Below are positions 1 to 13,942 of a DNA stretch of 64,000 nucleotides, in pieces (the stretch's first letter is position 1; each line of letters starts with the position of its first letter). The DNA lies in contig CM119264.1 in the NCBI GenBank assembly GCA_051294375.1, forward strand, positions 26,373,011 through 26,437,010, written 5' to 3'. Origin of the DNA: Paraspadella gotoi. Lineage: Eukaryota; Animalia; Chaetognatha. The notes under the pieces were generated by a model that worked only from the letters and a program-made list of their open reading frames with translations, was not told the DNA's origin and searched no databases. Position numbers and translations under genes: made by a program.

Positions 1-389
1 TTTATTTTCTATCCAATCGGTTCTTTCGGTTCTTTCTCATTTTTCTTAATTCATTCATCGTCTTATTTTTTTCTTTCTTATTTTCTTCATTTCTTTCTTT
101 CTTTCTTCTTTTTCTTCGTTTCATCTTCTTAATCTTCATTTATTCGAGTTTTCAACGAAGAAGATGCGTCCCACTCAACTCCATTTCTTTTAAAATTTAC
201 AGAGGAAACTTAAGTTTAACTCACGGATCGAAATGAATTCGGGTTTTCATCTCGAGCCTATAAAATGTTTTGCTAAGGAAGTTACTACATTCCATTATTT
301 AAACAATGAAAACAATTGAACGCACCAATTTGACTTTGTTTAACTTTGCAAACTGACCAATAAGAACTATATGAAACTAAATTTATTCT

Positions 390-426
390 AACATTTAACA
401 TTTAACATTTAACATTTAACATTAAC
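390..426. repeat. (AACATTT)n heptanucleotide microsatellite, ~5 copies
   Basis: aacatttaacatttaacatttaacatttaacattaac read directly. Confidence 0.9.
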
Positions 427-502
427 ACAAAGGAAGCGCTTTTCCGCTCTGGCAATGGCGCGCGTCAGAAGAAGCATCTTAATCGTCGCCGCCTCTGTTT
501 TT

Positions 503-504
<2 letters not shown>

Positions 505-555
<51 letters not shown>
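505..555. repeat. (CT)n microsatellite, representative of dozens of GA/TC tracts (e.g. 5610-5712, 8009-8102, 8655-8745, 10208-10340, 15041-15128, 28094-28196, 34441-34535, 34671-34999, 40242-40351, 45686-45800, 49344-49452)
   Basis: Direct dinucleotide runs; they generate the SLSLSL/ERERER pseudo-ORFs in the ORF track. Confidence 0.97.
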
Positions 556-561
<6 letters not shown>

Positions 562-915
562 AATTTATCTCTATGGCATTTTCTAATTCAAAATCCTCAA
601 CGGAGAGGAAAAGATTGATTGTGAAGATCTGGCTCGGGCCGCCGGAGAAGCTGGGAGGAGAAAAGGCAGCGGGGGGTGAAGCTCTTGGAGGGGTACAGGG
701 AAGATGCTTGGGTTAAGGTAAGCAGTGGGAAGGTAAGGAAAAAGAACGGCGGGTCAAGTTTCCTCTCCTTTTCGCTTTCGAGATAACGAAATGGTTCGCT
801 TTTTCTTTTGTACCCTTACGTTTTAAGTGTGAAAGGAATATCTGTGCTTCTATCTCTCTCATCTCGCTGGCTCTTCTTTCTCCTCTCCCTTTCTCTCTTC
901 TCCTCTCTCTCTCTC

Positions 916-963
<48 letters not shown>

Positions 964-2848
964 CTCCCTATCGCCCACGATGATTTACGCTCACCGATTG
1001 AGCAAATTAAACCGCGTAACCTTTCGCCATCAAAGAATAAGAAATACGCAATCGATTGGCGTGGGTGCCCACGCTAGAGATGTGTTCTATATATGCAGTG
1101 TGGTCTGGAGAACTTTAAGCGCATGCGCAGCGCGGGTGTAGCCTCTAAGATTGTTTTGTGTGGTGGCTGGGTCTTGGGTTAAAAGGTGTAATAAAGAGAG
1201 GCGTCCTAGGAGTGTGGAACGACATCGGGAAGGGTCACAGTTATCGGGTGTGGGCGCGTTGTGGTTTGGCGAGAGGTCGCGACAACGAAGAAAAAAAAAG
1301 GGAAACGCCCCCGGAGAAATAATCAAGGATTTATTAGAAGGAAATAAGACTCTTCACCCTGAGGTGAAGACCTTTTTCACAGAGGTGAGGATCCTCCTCA
1401 TCCGGAGGTGATTACCCTTCACAGCCTCGAATTATCACCCACTCATCCCGGGGTGATCGCCCTTCGCTTTCCGGGGCAAAACACGTGTTTTTTTTTACGT
1501 TGCGATTTGTTTAGTTGGTTTTAGGTATTCTAAATTTGTTAAAACTCTTTCCATTACTTACGTTGCAAAACTACACATTACATTACCGATAGAATAATAC
1601 AAATAATACAAATTTAAAACTTAAAATAGTGAAACAAGTTATTTTACAAATTTTCATATAGATGTATGTATATAATTTAACTGATTTTTATTCATGCGAT
1701 TTAAGGCTCTAAATACTTGGCCCTAGGTTTTTTCCGAGGTCCTAAGAAAGAAAAATGTTTCCGATTCATGAGCGACTTTACGATATTGACCCATATTCTC
1801 GTGGCAGAGAAATCCGAAGAGGAAATTTTGAAAGGTTCCAACTTATATTTTAGGGGCTTAGAATAGTTGGAAATCAAAAACATATTAAAATTACGCTTTC
1901 ACTATTTCGAAAGAAGCATCATTTAACAAAATATACGTTATTTCGATAACAACTTCGCCGAAAATAATGTACATTCAAATTGATTATTCCACGCGTGTTT
2001 TTCGTTAATTAACAAATTTTCCTTTTCCTCAAAATTATTTTCTTTTTCGTTTCGAGTTTTCAATTCTTTCCGTTCGACTTGACTCAAGATTTCGATTTTT
2101 TTTCCCTCATTTCTTCCACCAACATGAATTCCATCAATTTTTCATCTCTTTTTCCCCTATTTTATTTTTATTTTTTTTTTTTTTTTGTCTTTTCTTTTCA
2201 TACTTTTTTTTTAGTTTTTCCTTTGACTTTTCGTCAATATTTCTTCTTTCACGGTTTCTTGAAATCGTTTCACTCGCTTCCGTATTTCTTTCTTTTTCTT
2301 CACTGACATTCAGCTTTTTCAGTTGTGAGTATTGTTTGTTCTGATTTTTTCCCTCACGCTTTTCTCATTCCTCTTTCTTCTTTCACTTTTTCTTTCTTCT
2401 TTCCACCTCCTTTTCATATTTTTCTTCATTTTTCTCTCCGTATCTTCAGAAGTTCAGTGCCTGCTTTTGAAGGGAGCGACTCCCACTTCGCGACCTCAAT
2501 AAATTCCTCTGCCTCCCACTCCCAATTATTCCTTTACATCTGGTTTCAACCGACTGAGGTCTCCCTCTCTCTTTCTCTCTTTTTAGTTGCACCGCGAGTA
2601 CTTGCGGAGCAGCTTTATAAGTCACTTTTCAGTCGGTCTGTCGGTCGGAATGTTATATGTGAAAATAAGGTCACTGCGGCGCAACACATTGGAATTACCA
2701 TTCTTGTAAAGACAAGATATCTCATATAAACTACTATAAAAAATAAAAGACGTTATTCCTTTGCAGTACGTGACGAAAAAACACGGAAATACTCGGGATA
2801 ACAAAGTCACTGGGGTGCAACACAACATTTGAATTTCCGTTCTTTTTT

Positions 2849-2849
<1 letters not shown>

Positions 2850-2879
<30 letters not shown>

Positions 2880-2897
2880 ATCTTTCCTTTTCTTTTC

Positions 2898-2980
<83 letters not shown>
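2850..2980. repeat. (CTTT)n tetranucleotide microsatellite (also 33030-33133, 57768-57845)
   Basis: Direct repeat of tttc. Confidence 0.95.
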
Positions 2981-3352
2981 TTTCTCTTTACAATCTCCCT
3001 AAAGATCTCTGTCTATCTCTACCTCTCTTTATCTATTTTCCTCTCTCTCTCTCTCTCCCCATTTCTCCCCCTCCCCAACTCCCTCCAAGAGCCCTCGCCG
3101 AGAAACCGCATGCATAATTCGACTCAAAGAACACAATCAAAAGTACCGAATCATGGTTTAAATCAAGGTTTAAAGACTATTAAAAAGAAACGAACTAACA
3201 TATTCAACTACACTGTTCTTTTTCCCACTGAGACTGAACGCATGCATTTCTTATTTGGTTAATGTAATGTGTAGTATATACAAAACTAGTTAGTGACGTA
3301 AACTTTTTACACTGATTTCTCTGCATTTTTATCATCTGCTCATCCCCCGCTC

Positions 3353-3409
<57 letters not shown>

Positions 3410-3525
3410 AATTTCATTCCTTCATTAGGCCTTTCCTTGGTCTATTTCTCGCATCTAATGGGGCTCTGCCTCCCGTCTATCAGGGCCTCTACTACTTTTG
3501 CCCAGATTGCGCCGAAGACTGAGGA

Positions 3526-3558
<33 letters not shown>

Positions 3559-3846
3559 TCGTAACGATGAAAGGAGATGACAGCGCCAATCAAAATGACG
3601 ACAAACGAAGCAGCGAACACGACCATGTGATGTTTTATCTCTGTGACAATTGCTCTTCTTGAGTCGAAAAGACTGAAAGGACAAAGTCGAACGCCGAAAA
3701 CGGAGGACAAAGTGAAGGGCGAAGACAAAGAACAAGGAACAAGGACCAAAATTTCCTTCTAGTTATGATCATTCCCCCCCCCGCCCCCAAAAAAAAAAAA
3801 AAAAAAATCATTTTCTCCGGTGGCGACGATTCCGGCCCGAGACCGA

Positions 3847-4532
3847 GAAAAAGAACTCCCGGCGCCGGAAATTTCTGAGGCCGGCGTCTCCCGACCGTCC
3901 GTCGTCGGCCGCGTCAATCAGCCGCGGGCAGCCAACAAGTCCTAAATCATCTCGGCGTCGGAGTCGACGGCGGCGGGAGGCAGGCCAGCGGCAGCGGCGG
4001 CGGCGCGACGACACCGTCAGCCGGGGACCGAACAGATTTGAAAGCAGGTGATGAAAAAAACAAATCAGCGTCTCCTGCATTAAAAAGGAGAAACGATCAC
4101 ACACCGGAAAAAAAAAAAAGAGAAAAAAAAAGTTGTTTAACTGAAATGCGTGGTCGATGAATAAAATGAATCATTTACCAGTGGCCGGGNNNNNNNNNNN
4201 NNNNNNNNNNNNNNAGAAAACTTCCCGGCGCCGGTAAATTCTGAGGCCGGCGTCTCCCGCCGTCGTCGTCGGCCCGGCGTCAATCAGCCGCGGCAGCAAG
4301 TCTATCATCCTCGGCGTCCGGAGTGACGGCGGCGGCGGCAGCAGCGGCAGCGGCGGCGGCGGCGACGAGCACAGCAGCCCGGGGACGACGACTTTGAAAG
4401 CAGGTGATAAAAGAAACAAATCAGCGTCTCCTGCCATTAAAGAAACGACAGGAAAGAAAAAAAAAGAGAAAAAAAAAGTTGTTTACTGAATGCGGGTCGA
4501 TGATAATAAGTGAATCATTACCAGTGGCCGGG
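3847..4532. repeat. Tandem near-duplicate of a ~330-bp GC-rich segment (3847-4189 vs 4215-4532) across a 25-N gap; probable assembly overlap artefact
   Basis: Both copies run from ...cccggcgccgg...tctgaggccggcgtctcccg to ...accagtggccggg and differ mostly by scattered 1-bp indels. Confidence 0.85.
4190..4214. other. Assembly gap, 25 N (other gaps: 4581-4863, 12807-13414, 25507-25531 [25 N], 51540-51815, 52973-53548, 60598-60622 [25 N])
   Basis: N runs counted in the sequence. Confidence 0.99.
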
Positions 4533-5239
4533 GAAAAAAGAAGGCGAAAAAAAACCCCCCGTATATATGTCTCGGGGCGGNNNNNNNNNNNNNNNNNNNN
4601 NNNNNNNNNNNNNNNNNNNNNNNNNNNNNNNNNNNNNNNNNNNNNNNNNNNNNNNNNNNNNNNNNNNNNNNNNNNNNNNNNNNNNNNNNNNNNNNNNNNN
4701 NNNNNNNNNNNNNNNNNNNNNNNNNNNNNNNNNNNNNNNNNNNNNNNNNNNNNNNNNNNNNNNNNNNNNNNNNNNNNNNNNNNNNNNNNNNNNNNNNNNN
4801 NNNNNNNNNNNNNNNNNNNNNNNNNNNNNNNNNNNNNNNNNNNNNNNNNNNNNNNNNNNNNNNAAAGAAAGAAAGAAAGAAAGAAATAAAGAAAGAAAGA
4901 AAATGAAAAATGAAATAAAAAATGAATAAGGAAAATTGAAATAAAAAAAATCAAGGAGAGAAAGTACCAGTAGACGAGAGACGAGAGACAGAACGGACGA
5001 GACGCGTAGAGAGGGAGGAGAGACTGAGACTATGATGAGAGACGAGAAGAGAGAGAGAGATGAGAGAGAGAGAGAGAAGAAAATAAGTGGAGATTTAAAG
5101 GTTCGAGCCTTGAAAGATAGTAAATGAAGAAACCTTGACGAACTCTACTGAAAAAAATGCGCGCACACCCCTCCACCTCGAAACCTCCAAAAACGCTCTA
5201 CTCTCTCTCCTTCTCGTTCTCTCTCTCCCTGTCTCTCTC

Positions 5240-5288
<49 letters not shown>

Positions 5289-5606
5289 CCAATCGCCTTT
5301 TTGTTCTAACAGAATCTCGCCGAAGCAACTATTATTTAATTCACTTCTAACACATGTTTCTTACTCGTATAATCACGTGATAATCTCGAAATGGTTGCAT
5401 GTGATAAGCCTCAAATTTAAGTTTTAACCTAAACCAGTTAGGATTATCATTATTGGTAAATGTTTAGTAATCTTTAATCTAAATATTTTTCTTTATTTCC
5501 TTTATTTCCTTTCTTTCTCTCTTGTTTCAATTTCTTTTCATTAATTTTGTTTTCTTTTTATTTTCTATACCATAATGTACGCTTGCCTAATGTAATATTC
5601 AGCAAT

Positions 5607-5719
<113 letters not shown>

Positions 5720-6240
5720 TTGTTCTCCATCTCTCATTATCATGACCCGGCGCCTCGTCGCCACCTCACCCACTCCTCCTCCTCCAACCCTTTCTAAACT
5801 TACCCTCATTTCCCTTTTCGGTCGAGGGAGAGAAGAAAGCGAAAGTTTTTTTGGCCTCACCCCAAGTGAATGAGCAGAAAAAATTACGTAATTTATGTTG
5901 AATATTTATATATATTTATATAGATAATGCACGCAAATTAATAAAAGAATTAACGAGGTTGGAACGAAACGTAATATTTTGTTATCAAATTTTTTTTAAT
6001 AGTACATAAACTATGTTATTCCTCATGATTAACCTTATGTTTATTTTTCTGACAATGTTCGCTAGGGTGCAAAGCCAAACTCTGCCGCGGCTTGGGCGGT
6101 AGCGGCGGCGGCGGCAGCGGCGGCGGAATATAATATAATCAGAAATGCATGAATTTCAAATCGAGGTCTGAATTAATTTGGATTCGACCCTCGAAAGATA
6201 AGTTCGAACTGTTTGCGAGTCCAAAGGAGAAGGAGGGGAG

Positions 6241-6275
<35 letters not shown>

Positions 6276-7678
6276 GAGATAGGGTAAGGAAAAGAGAGAG
6301 GATTATAGGGAGAGAAATTAAATGAAAAAGAAATGAGTAAACCAGAAAGAAAGAGCGGAGAAAGAAGAGAGAGGGAGAATAAGAAGAGTTCAATATTTAT
6401 ATTGGAAGAAAGAAAAGAAAAAAAAGAAGACAATATTAAGATGAAAAAGGGTAGAAAAAATATGAGAAGAAAAGGAAAGAGAAGAGAGAAAGGAAAGAAT
6501 TAAAAGAGAAAATAAAAAAAAGTATGGAAAAATTAAGAGCCTTACCAGAAATCTCTTGCGAAAGGTGAGGTAATGATAAGTTTCGCTGCGCAATGACTAC
6601 AACTTCTATCTCTACAATCTGTCGCCAATGTTGACGCGAGATTCACCAATGGCTAGATTCACTAGATTCGCTAGATTCACCAATGGCTCTATGATCACAA
6701 TGGTCCAACGAAATTTCCATGGGCGCCACAAGATTCACAACAATACCACCACCATCACCAAACCCACCCAACCCACCCACCGACTCCGCCTCCGCTCTCC
6801 CCACGCGTTTTATGGCGATTTAGCCGATCGGTTTTTCCGATTCGCTTATATTTTTTTTTTCATAATCGGCGAAAACATGAAAAAATTTAGAGGTGAAAAC
6901 CAAAAACAAAAACAGAAGGCGCGGGAAAAAGTCGTAAAGAGGAAACGAGACAACAACATAAACGACGACGACGACGAAGACGACGACCACGACGGTCTAA
7001 AAACAAAATACGAGAAACGACGACGTGAATCGGAGAAAAACGGGAAAACAGGGACCGATATTGTTTTTTTTTAGTTGTTTTGTTTTGCTGTTGTGCTTTT
7101 TTAGAGGTTTTGGGCAGAGCAATTAATCCTAAGTTAAACTATAATGTTTTTGTTGACTTAATGTTATAGGTTAGTATAATGTCTGTTGTTTTCTTTTTAT
7201 TTTTTTTAATGCGAAATTAATAATTTGTATTAACATTTATTCCTAAGCTCAATTTTTTTAAAATTTCTAGTATTTACCAAAGCGAACACTCTAATTCATA
7301 CCACGTTTACCTTTACTTAGTTTTATATCTATTTTTCATTCATTTTGATTTTTAATTACCTCTTTTTTTAATTTAAATTTTATCGTAAAAATTATCTCTT
7401 TGGTCACCGACAACGATCACTTCCCCCCCGATCGGCTAAATTTTATTCTCCCCTGACGAAGAGGAAAAAGCGAATCAGGACGAAGAGAAGCGGAAACGCG
7501 AAAAGATAAACGGAGAAAACGAATGCGCGGGAATAACAAGGCGAAAAGAAAGGGAAAAAAGGAAAAAAAAAAAGAAAAGGAATGTTAAAATAGAAAAGAA
7601 AAAAAGGAATGAAGAAAATGGCTACGTACAAAGAAAAAAAAGGAATGGTTAAAAAACGAAAACAAATTGCGCCTCGCC

Positions 7679-7733
<55 letters not shown>

Positions 7734-8005
7734 AAAATGAGTTTAATTAAATCTTGTTCTTCAGGTGTCCAGCCCGAATCATTTTTCACGGGCGCCCTGC
7801 GGCCCCACTTTTCTACAATGTACTTTCTCCTCCTTTCCCTTTCTTTCTCTCTTCTCCTCTTTTCTCCTCCTCTCTTCTCCTCTCTTCTCCTCTTTTTTTC
7901 TCTTTTCTCCTCCCTCCCTTTTTTTTGCTCTCACGAGGTGGAGCATTTTTGTTGTCTTTTGTTCGGGAACGATCTTTTTTTATTCTCCGCGGGAGAGAGA
8001 AAGAG

Positions 8006-8103
<98 letters not shown>

Positions 8104-8651
8104 GTGAGAGAAAGGGGGAAAGGTTGTTGAGCGGGAGATGGAGAAGAAGAAAAGAAGAATAGGGTGAAAAAGGAGAGACAAAAAGGAAAATAAAGGAAAA
8201 AAATAAATTTAAGAACCAAAAAAAAACATAAATAAATAAATATAAAAAATATTAAAACATGAAACAATCAGAGAAAAGAAAAATAAGTAAAGTTAAAAAG
8301 AACAAAAAGTAGGAAAGGTGGAAAAAAAGTTTAAATAAAAGATTTTTCTTTCTTCTTTTCCTAAATCGTTTTTTTTTTCTTTTGCGAAAAGAAAAAAGGA
8401 TTTATCCTCAAACGACGCAGAGATCGAAAGGCGAACACAAGACCCTGTAGAGAAGTTTAGTTGGAATGTTTTTTTGAACTCACGATATGAAACACAATGT
8501 AAAACTGTACATCTTAGTATAATTTGTCTGTACCCTACTTTTAAAGAACCACTCTGTAATTCGGAAAGAAATCTCGTAAAAGATAAAACTAGATAAAATA
8601 CCCGGTGCGAAACGAAAAAAGCAAACGCAAGAGGTGGCACTGGACAAGAAA

Positions 8652-8748
<97 letters not shown>

Positions 8749-9838
8749 AATAGGAAGCGACGGTGCGCATGATAACCAAAGTCTTTTTCTCGGAAATTCC
8801 TCCAGCCGGAAGAAGGTCCCACCAGTATTTAAGAATATGTTTAGAAATATGAACTGAAACTTTCAGTGAAAGTTTACAATTCAAAGCAGTTTTTCGGAAA
8901 TCGTATACAATAAGCTAATAATTTTAATGTCGTTCGGAATATTATAATCTTCTTTTATTATCAAATTCAATGATTCAAATTCAATAATTAAAGTACATAT
9001 TGGAATCTTAATCTTTAATTTCCTCATGAAGACTTTTGATTGACATACATTACTTCATGTTTAGAAAGGTAAGGAAATGTTAAGGTTGAACTAAATTTTC
9101 CGACGAAAGGTTAGTCTGAGTTGGGCTGTTTCTTCGTCACGCGCGATCTCTTGCCCTGTCTGCCCGCGATGTCACCGATCGGGCAATCAATTTCCAACAA
9201 CCAATGACCGACAGACCGAAGGACGATTGACGACCGACAACCGACAACCGACATTCCCGACGCGCGTATTTCTTCTCTCGTCTTTTTTTTCTTTTTAACC
9301 GCTTTGTCTTTTCTCCCCCCTTAAACTTTGTCCTTCTTGTCCCACTCGAAAATCTTTATCTTTCTCTTTAAAAGGAAAAACCGATTGTGTCTCTTTCCTT
9401 TTGTTTTATATTTTTTGTGTGTGTGTAAACTTTCTATCGCTTTGGTTATCTTAGTTTCCTTGTTACCATGTTTTGTTACCTCATCCACGTTTAACCATGT
9501 CTTTCTCCATGTTTCCGCCTGTTGTTTCTTTCTGTCCTCTCTCGCAAACATTGTCTTTCCTTTTTGTCATCTACTCTTTTTGGCGCCAATTTTCTCCGCC
9601 AACCCGAGCGCCCCAACCCGGGTTCCTCCTCTTTTCTTGCGTTGTCTCAGCTTTTGTTTATCCGGCAGCGTCACCTTGGGGCGTTGCTCCCCCCGTTCGC
9701 CTCACCTTTGAGTTTCCTTACCTCTCCGTTCCTCACCCCATCGCCGTCCGCCGCCTTCATTACGGAAGAGTACTGATAGATGGTTGAGTTTCCGACAAAC
9801 AAAATTAGACTCAAAGTCTGAGATCTCGCTTTCAGATT

Positions 9839-9876
<38 letters not shown>

Positions 9877-10207
9877 ATCGTTTTGTATTGCATACTGAGA
9901 ACCTTAGAATATCCCCCAAGCTTTTTACGTTCCTCTTTTACCGCTAGCACCTTTCTTATTCATCTCCACCACTATTTAATCTATATTATTTAATTATATA
10001 TATTGCTTTTTTAATTTTTTTTACTTATCATTATATCTAATAATTTATTTTTCTATCACCTTAATACCTTCCCTGTCAATTTGCCATCATTTTAAGGCCT
10101 CTATCAGGCATTTATCAGCCCATCCTTTTTGGCAGCACGGTGATCATCACCCTTCGTTCATTCTCTCTCTTACTTTCCCCCTTTAAGTCCCTGATCGCTT
10201 CTTTCAA

Positions 10208-10342
<135 letters not shown>

Positions 10343-10629
10343 ATCCTTTCACCCGTGAACGACTTTTTGTCACGTCAATTTCCTGTCACAGATTTATCTT
10401 TTTTTGCTTTTTTATCCCCGTCAGGTTTCCTCGTCCGAATTCTCCGTCAATTTCCTCCATAATTTGTTCTTCCTCTCTCCATCTGTGATATTTTCCACTC
10501 TCCCCATCACCATCAAGTTTATTCGTCTTCACTTCCCCGTCAGGTGACTCCATCTCCCGTGCTCTTTCTCTCCATCAAAGGATCTCCGAGAAGTCTGTGA
10601 ATACATTTCCGGATTAAACTAGTTTTCTA

Positions 10630-10670
<41 letters not shown>

Positions 10671-10842
10671 CACGACGACTCGCCGACTTCGCTTAATGAA
10701 GACTTGATAATGGGTTTTAGTCGAGTGTCTCCTTGAGGCGTCGACTGGCGGTGTCTCGCTCTCACTACGACAATGAGATAGCGGAAATTTAAAATTTTAA
10801 CGAGTTTATTCCACAAAGCTTGTTTGACCTCGGTGCGAGATA

Positions 10843-10997
10843 TTTATTAAAACGGTGGAGGTTTGATAACTCGAAGACTATAGTTGAATCAAGTGACAAA
10901 TGTTTATCAATATTATTCTTATTATTTATTAATATTTATTAAAAGAGTGGAGATTCAATAATTCGAAGATTATTGTTGAATCAAGTGACGAATGTTT
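10843..10997. repeat. Two ~63-bp direct repeats spaced ~92 bp apart
   Basis: ttattaaaacggtggag...tcgaagactatagttgaatcaagtgacaaatgttt vs ttattaaaagagtggag...tcgaagattattgttgaatcaagtgacgaatgttt. Confidence 0.85.
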
Positions 10998-11447
10998 TTT
11001 TGGCAAAAATATTCAGGCGATTTTCTTCAAGAAGACGAAAAAGGTTATGATCCAAAAAATAACAGAAAACCATAACGAAAAGTCAATAACAATAGTAAAA
11101 GAGAGAAAAACAATAACAATGCAAAAGTGATCGAATAATAGGCAATGCACTTGATCGTTCTTGTAGTTGTCGTTGTTGTCATCGTCGCGGGTGCTGCAAC
11201 CAGATTTTTCTTTATTTTCACATAAATATGTAAAAATCATTTTCTAAGCTTGATTAAGAGGAAAAAGAAAACGTTTGTCGACAGCTCAATCTTCTCGAAA
11301 CGAATTCGCTAATCGAGAACAAATCAGAAACTAAACAGAAACATTTGTTTCGTCAAAGAAAAGCTATTTCCAACGATCTTCCTCTTCGTGTTTTCGTTTC
11401 TGGTGATGTAGCCTTGTCACAAAACCCAAAATGAGTTCACAAAGTTT

Positions 11448-11486
<39 letters not shown>

Positions 11487-11779
11487 ATCTTCATTTTTTG
11501 TTTTCTTTTTTGATGCCTTGTCACAAAAAAATGGTTTCTCAAAAATTTCACGCTTTCGCTTTTCTTTTCCTCTTTCACCCTTTTTCTTTGTTGTCCCGCT
11601 GATGCCAGTTCTGCCTTCATTGCCTCCTTGCGCTTCGTCGGCAACAAAGTGTCACTTCTGGATCTCGTTTCGCCAGATTTTACGCGGAAGAAAAAGAAAG
11701 AAAAAAAGGTGAAGTCATAAAAAGTAAAAGAAAAAAAAAGAAGAGGAAAAGGCGCCAGGTTTTACGAGCGGCGATGGGG

Positions 11780-11916
11780 AAGCAGACAGTGCAATCAAAT
11801 GCACACTGGGTTTTGAAAGAAGACGATGTGAAGCAGACGGAGCGGTCAAACGCACACTGGGTTTTACTGGGATGTACATAAATCAGACCGTGCGGTCATT
11901 CGTACGCTGAGTTTTA
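11780..11916. repeat. Degenerate ~50-bp tandem repeat, 3 copies
   Basis: gaagcagacagtgcaatcaaatgcacactgggtttt / gaagcagacggagcggtcaaacgcacactgggtttt / aaatcagaccgtgcggtcattcgtacgctgagtttt. Confidence 0.8.
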
Positions 11917-12250
11917 ACAGTAGAGAGGACCTTAGGAATTTAGATTGAAGGAGCGCATATGGAAAATCGCGTGTATAATGACTGTATATACTAGCTTTGT
12001 ATCGTGATAGTGTTTAAAGTCAGTTTTGTATCTAGTAAACTGAAAATCATTTATTTTTAAACAGTAACTAAAGTACTGAAATTTCTGAGCCTTCATCTCT
12101 TAATATTTATGACGCTACGTTTACAAAGATTATAAATACAATGTGTTATATTTAAATCCAACTTAAAAAGCAAATCTAAAACCGATTGTTAAAAGTGCCA
12201 CACCCGACCCACTCCTACCCACTCCTATCACCCACAACAAGGAGACTCAC

Positions 12251-12370
12251 GTTTCCTGTCACGGACGTCATTTATATAGGCGTGACGTCGGGCTGAGTTC
12301 TCGAGAGTTTGCGGTCGGGCTGAGCGCTCAAGGGTACGGCATCGGGCTGGGCACTCTAGGGGACGTCGGG
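12251..12370 (-). other. Candidate 120-bp internal exon (frame-preserving), product unknown
   Basis: Minus strand: acceptor ttttattttttcgatcag, donor GTGAGT; one frame open (RRPLECPARCRTLERSARPQTLENSARRHAYINDVRDRK); built from ~27-bp cagcccga repeats; no recognisable homology. Confidence 0.25.
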
Positions 12371-13942
12371 CTGATCGAAAAAATAAAATCGAAGCTAACT
12401 GATCGGGAGGAAAATCTTTGGCGACAGGGGACTATCCCTGTCCGGAAGGGATGGAGGCGGGAAGAAAAACAAATAGGGATTAGAAAAGGAAATATGGATT
12501 AGGAAGGAAGGAAGGTAGGAAGGTAAAAATAAGAATAGAAAGGATGAAAGGATGAAATCAAGAAAAGTAACGATGGACGTAAAGTATCTGAAAATGATAA
12601 GACGGGCCAAGGGAAAACAAAAAAGCAACATTTTCAACATTGTGATGAGAATTTTAACTAAAAAAAATTGTTTGCACAAAGAAAACTACAATTTTTAGTC
12701 AAATATCGGATTAAAGATTTAGACATCCAAGTAATTGGTCATTCGGTCAGTCTCACTTCCGTTCAACAGTGATTCCCTGGGGAGCGAAGACAAAAATCTC
12801 CCTGGGNNNNNNNNNNNNNNNNNNNNNNNNNNNNNNNNNNNNNNNNNNNNNNNNNNNNNNNNNNNNNNNNNNNNNNNNNNNNNNNNNNNNNNNNNNNNNN
12901 NNNNNNNNNNNNNNNNNNNNNNNNNNNNNNNNNNNNNNNNNNNNNNNNNNNNNNNNNNNNNNNNNNNNNNNNNNNNNNNNNNNNNNNNNNNNNNNNNNNN
13001 NNNNNNNNNNNNNNNNNNNNNNNNNNNNNNNNNNNNNNNNNNNNNNNNNNNNNNNNNNNNNNNNNNNNNNNNNNNNNNNNNNNNNNNNNNNNNNNNNNNN
13101 NNNNNNNNNNNNNNNNNNNNNNNNNNNNNNNNNNNNNNNNNNNNNNNNNNNNNNNNNNNNNNNNNNNNNNNNNNNNNNNNNNNNNNNNNNNNNNNNNNNN
13201 NNNNNNNNNNNNNNNNNNNNNNNNNNNNNNNNNNNNNNNNNNNNNNNNNNNNNNNNNNNNNNNNNNNNNNNNNNNNNNNNNNNNNNNNNNNNNNNNNNNN
13301 NNNNNNNNNNNNNNNNNNNNNNNNNNNNNNNNNNNNNNNNNNNNNNNNNNNNNNNNNNNNNNNNNNNNNNNNNNNNNNNNNNNNNNNNNNNNNNNNNNNN
13401 NNNNNNNNNNNNNNCATCTCTCTCTCTCTATGGTTTCCAGTTTCTGGTTTTATTTTCATTTCCTTTTGTTTATCGAGGGAGCGCATTTTTCTGCCTCGCC
13501 TCTCGATTTTCCCTTCCAGCCCTCCATCGATCCTGGGGACCGAAGCTTCTGTAGTTTCTTTTTCTCTCTTCTCGGATGCCAACGATGTGAAGTAAAGAAT
13601 TGTAAAAAAGCTACAGTTACATTGTACTTGCAGTTTTGCAGGGAATTATCGAAAAGAGAAATAAGAATAAAAAGGACCGAATCAGTACTTTTTAATAAAT
13701 GTCTCTCCGACATCACGAAAGAAAATAACTGATTTCTTTAAAACTGCAGTAAAAGTGGGATGAAACTAAGCACTTGAATAATGTGGTATAAGGTAGCTTG
13801 ATTTTGTTGTACCGCGATACAATTACCCGGCTGTAGCGTCAGCACTTCATTTATTAAAGGATAATAAAATCTGCCATCGAGTTTTGATGCCAAAATTATG
13901 TCACTAATATTGTTTCTTAAGCTAAAAAAGATAAACTAACAT

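Noticed and set aside
8442-8452. accctgtaga resembling the miR-10 5' end
   Set aside because: Seed-length match only; no precursor hairpin.
9440-9456. ctttggttatcttag resembling miR-9
   Set aside because: The match ends after ~13 nt and there is no complementary star arm.
11780-11916. 36-bp repeats with 14-nt spacers as a mini-CRISPR
   Set aside because: Only three divergent copies with very short spacers; better explained as a ~50-bp tandem repeat.
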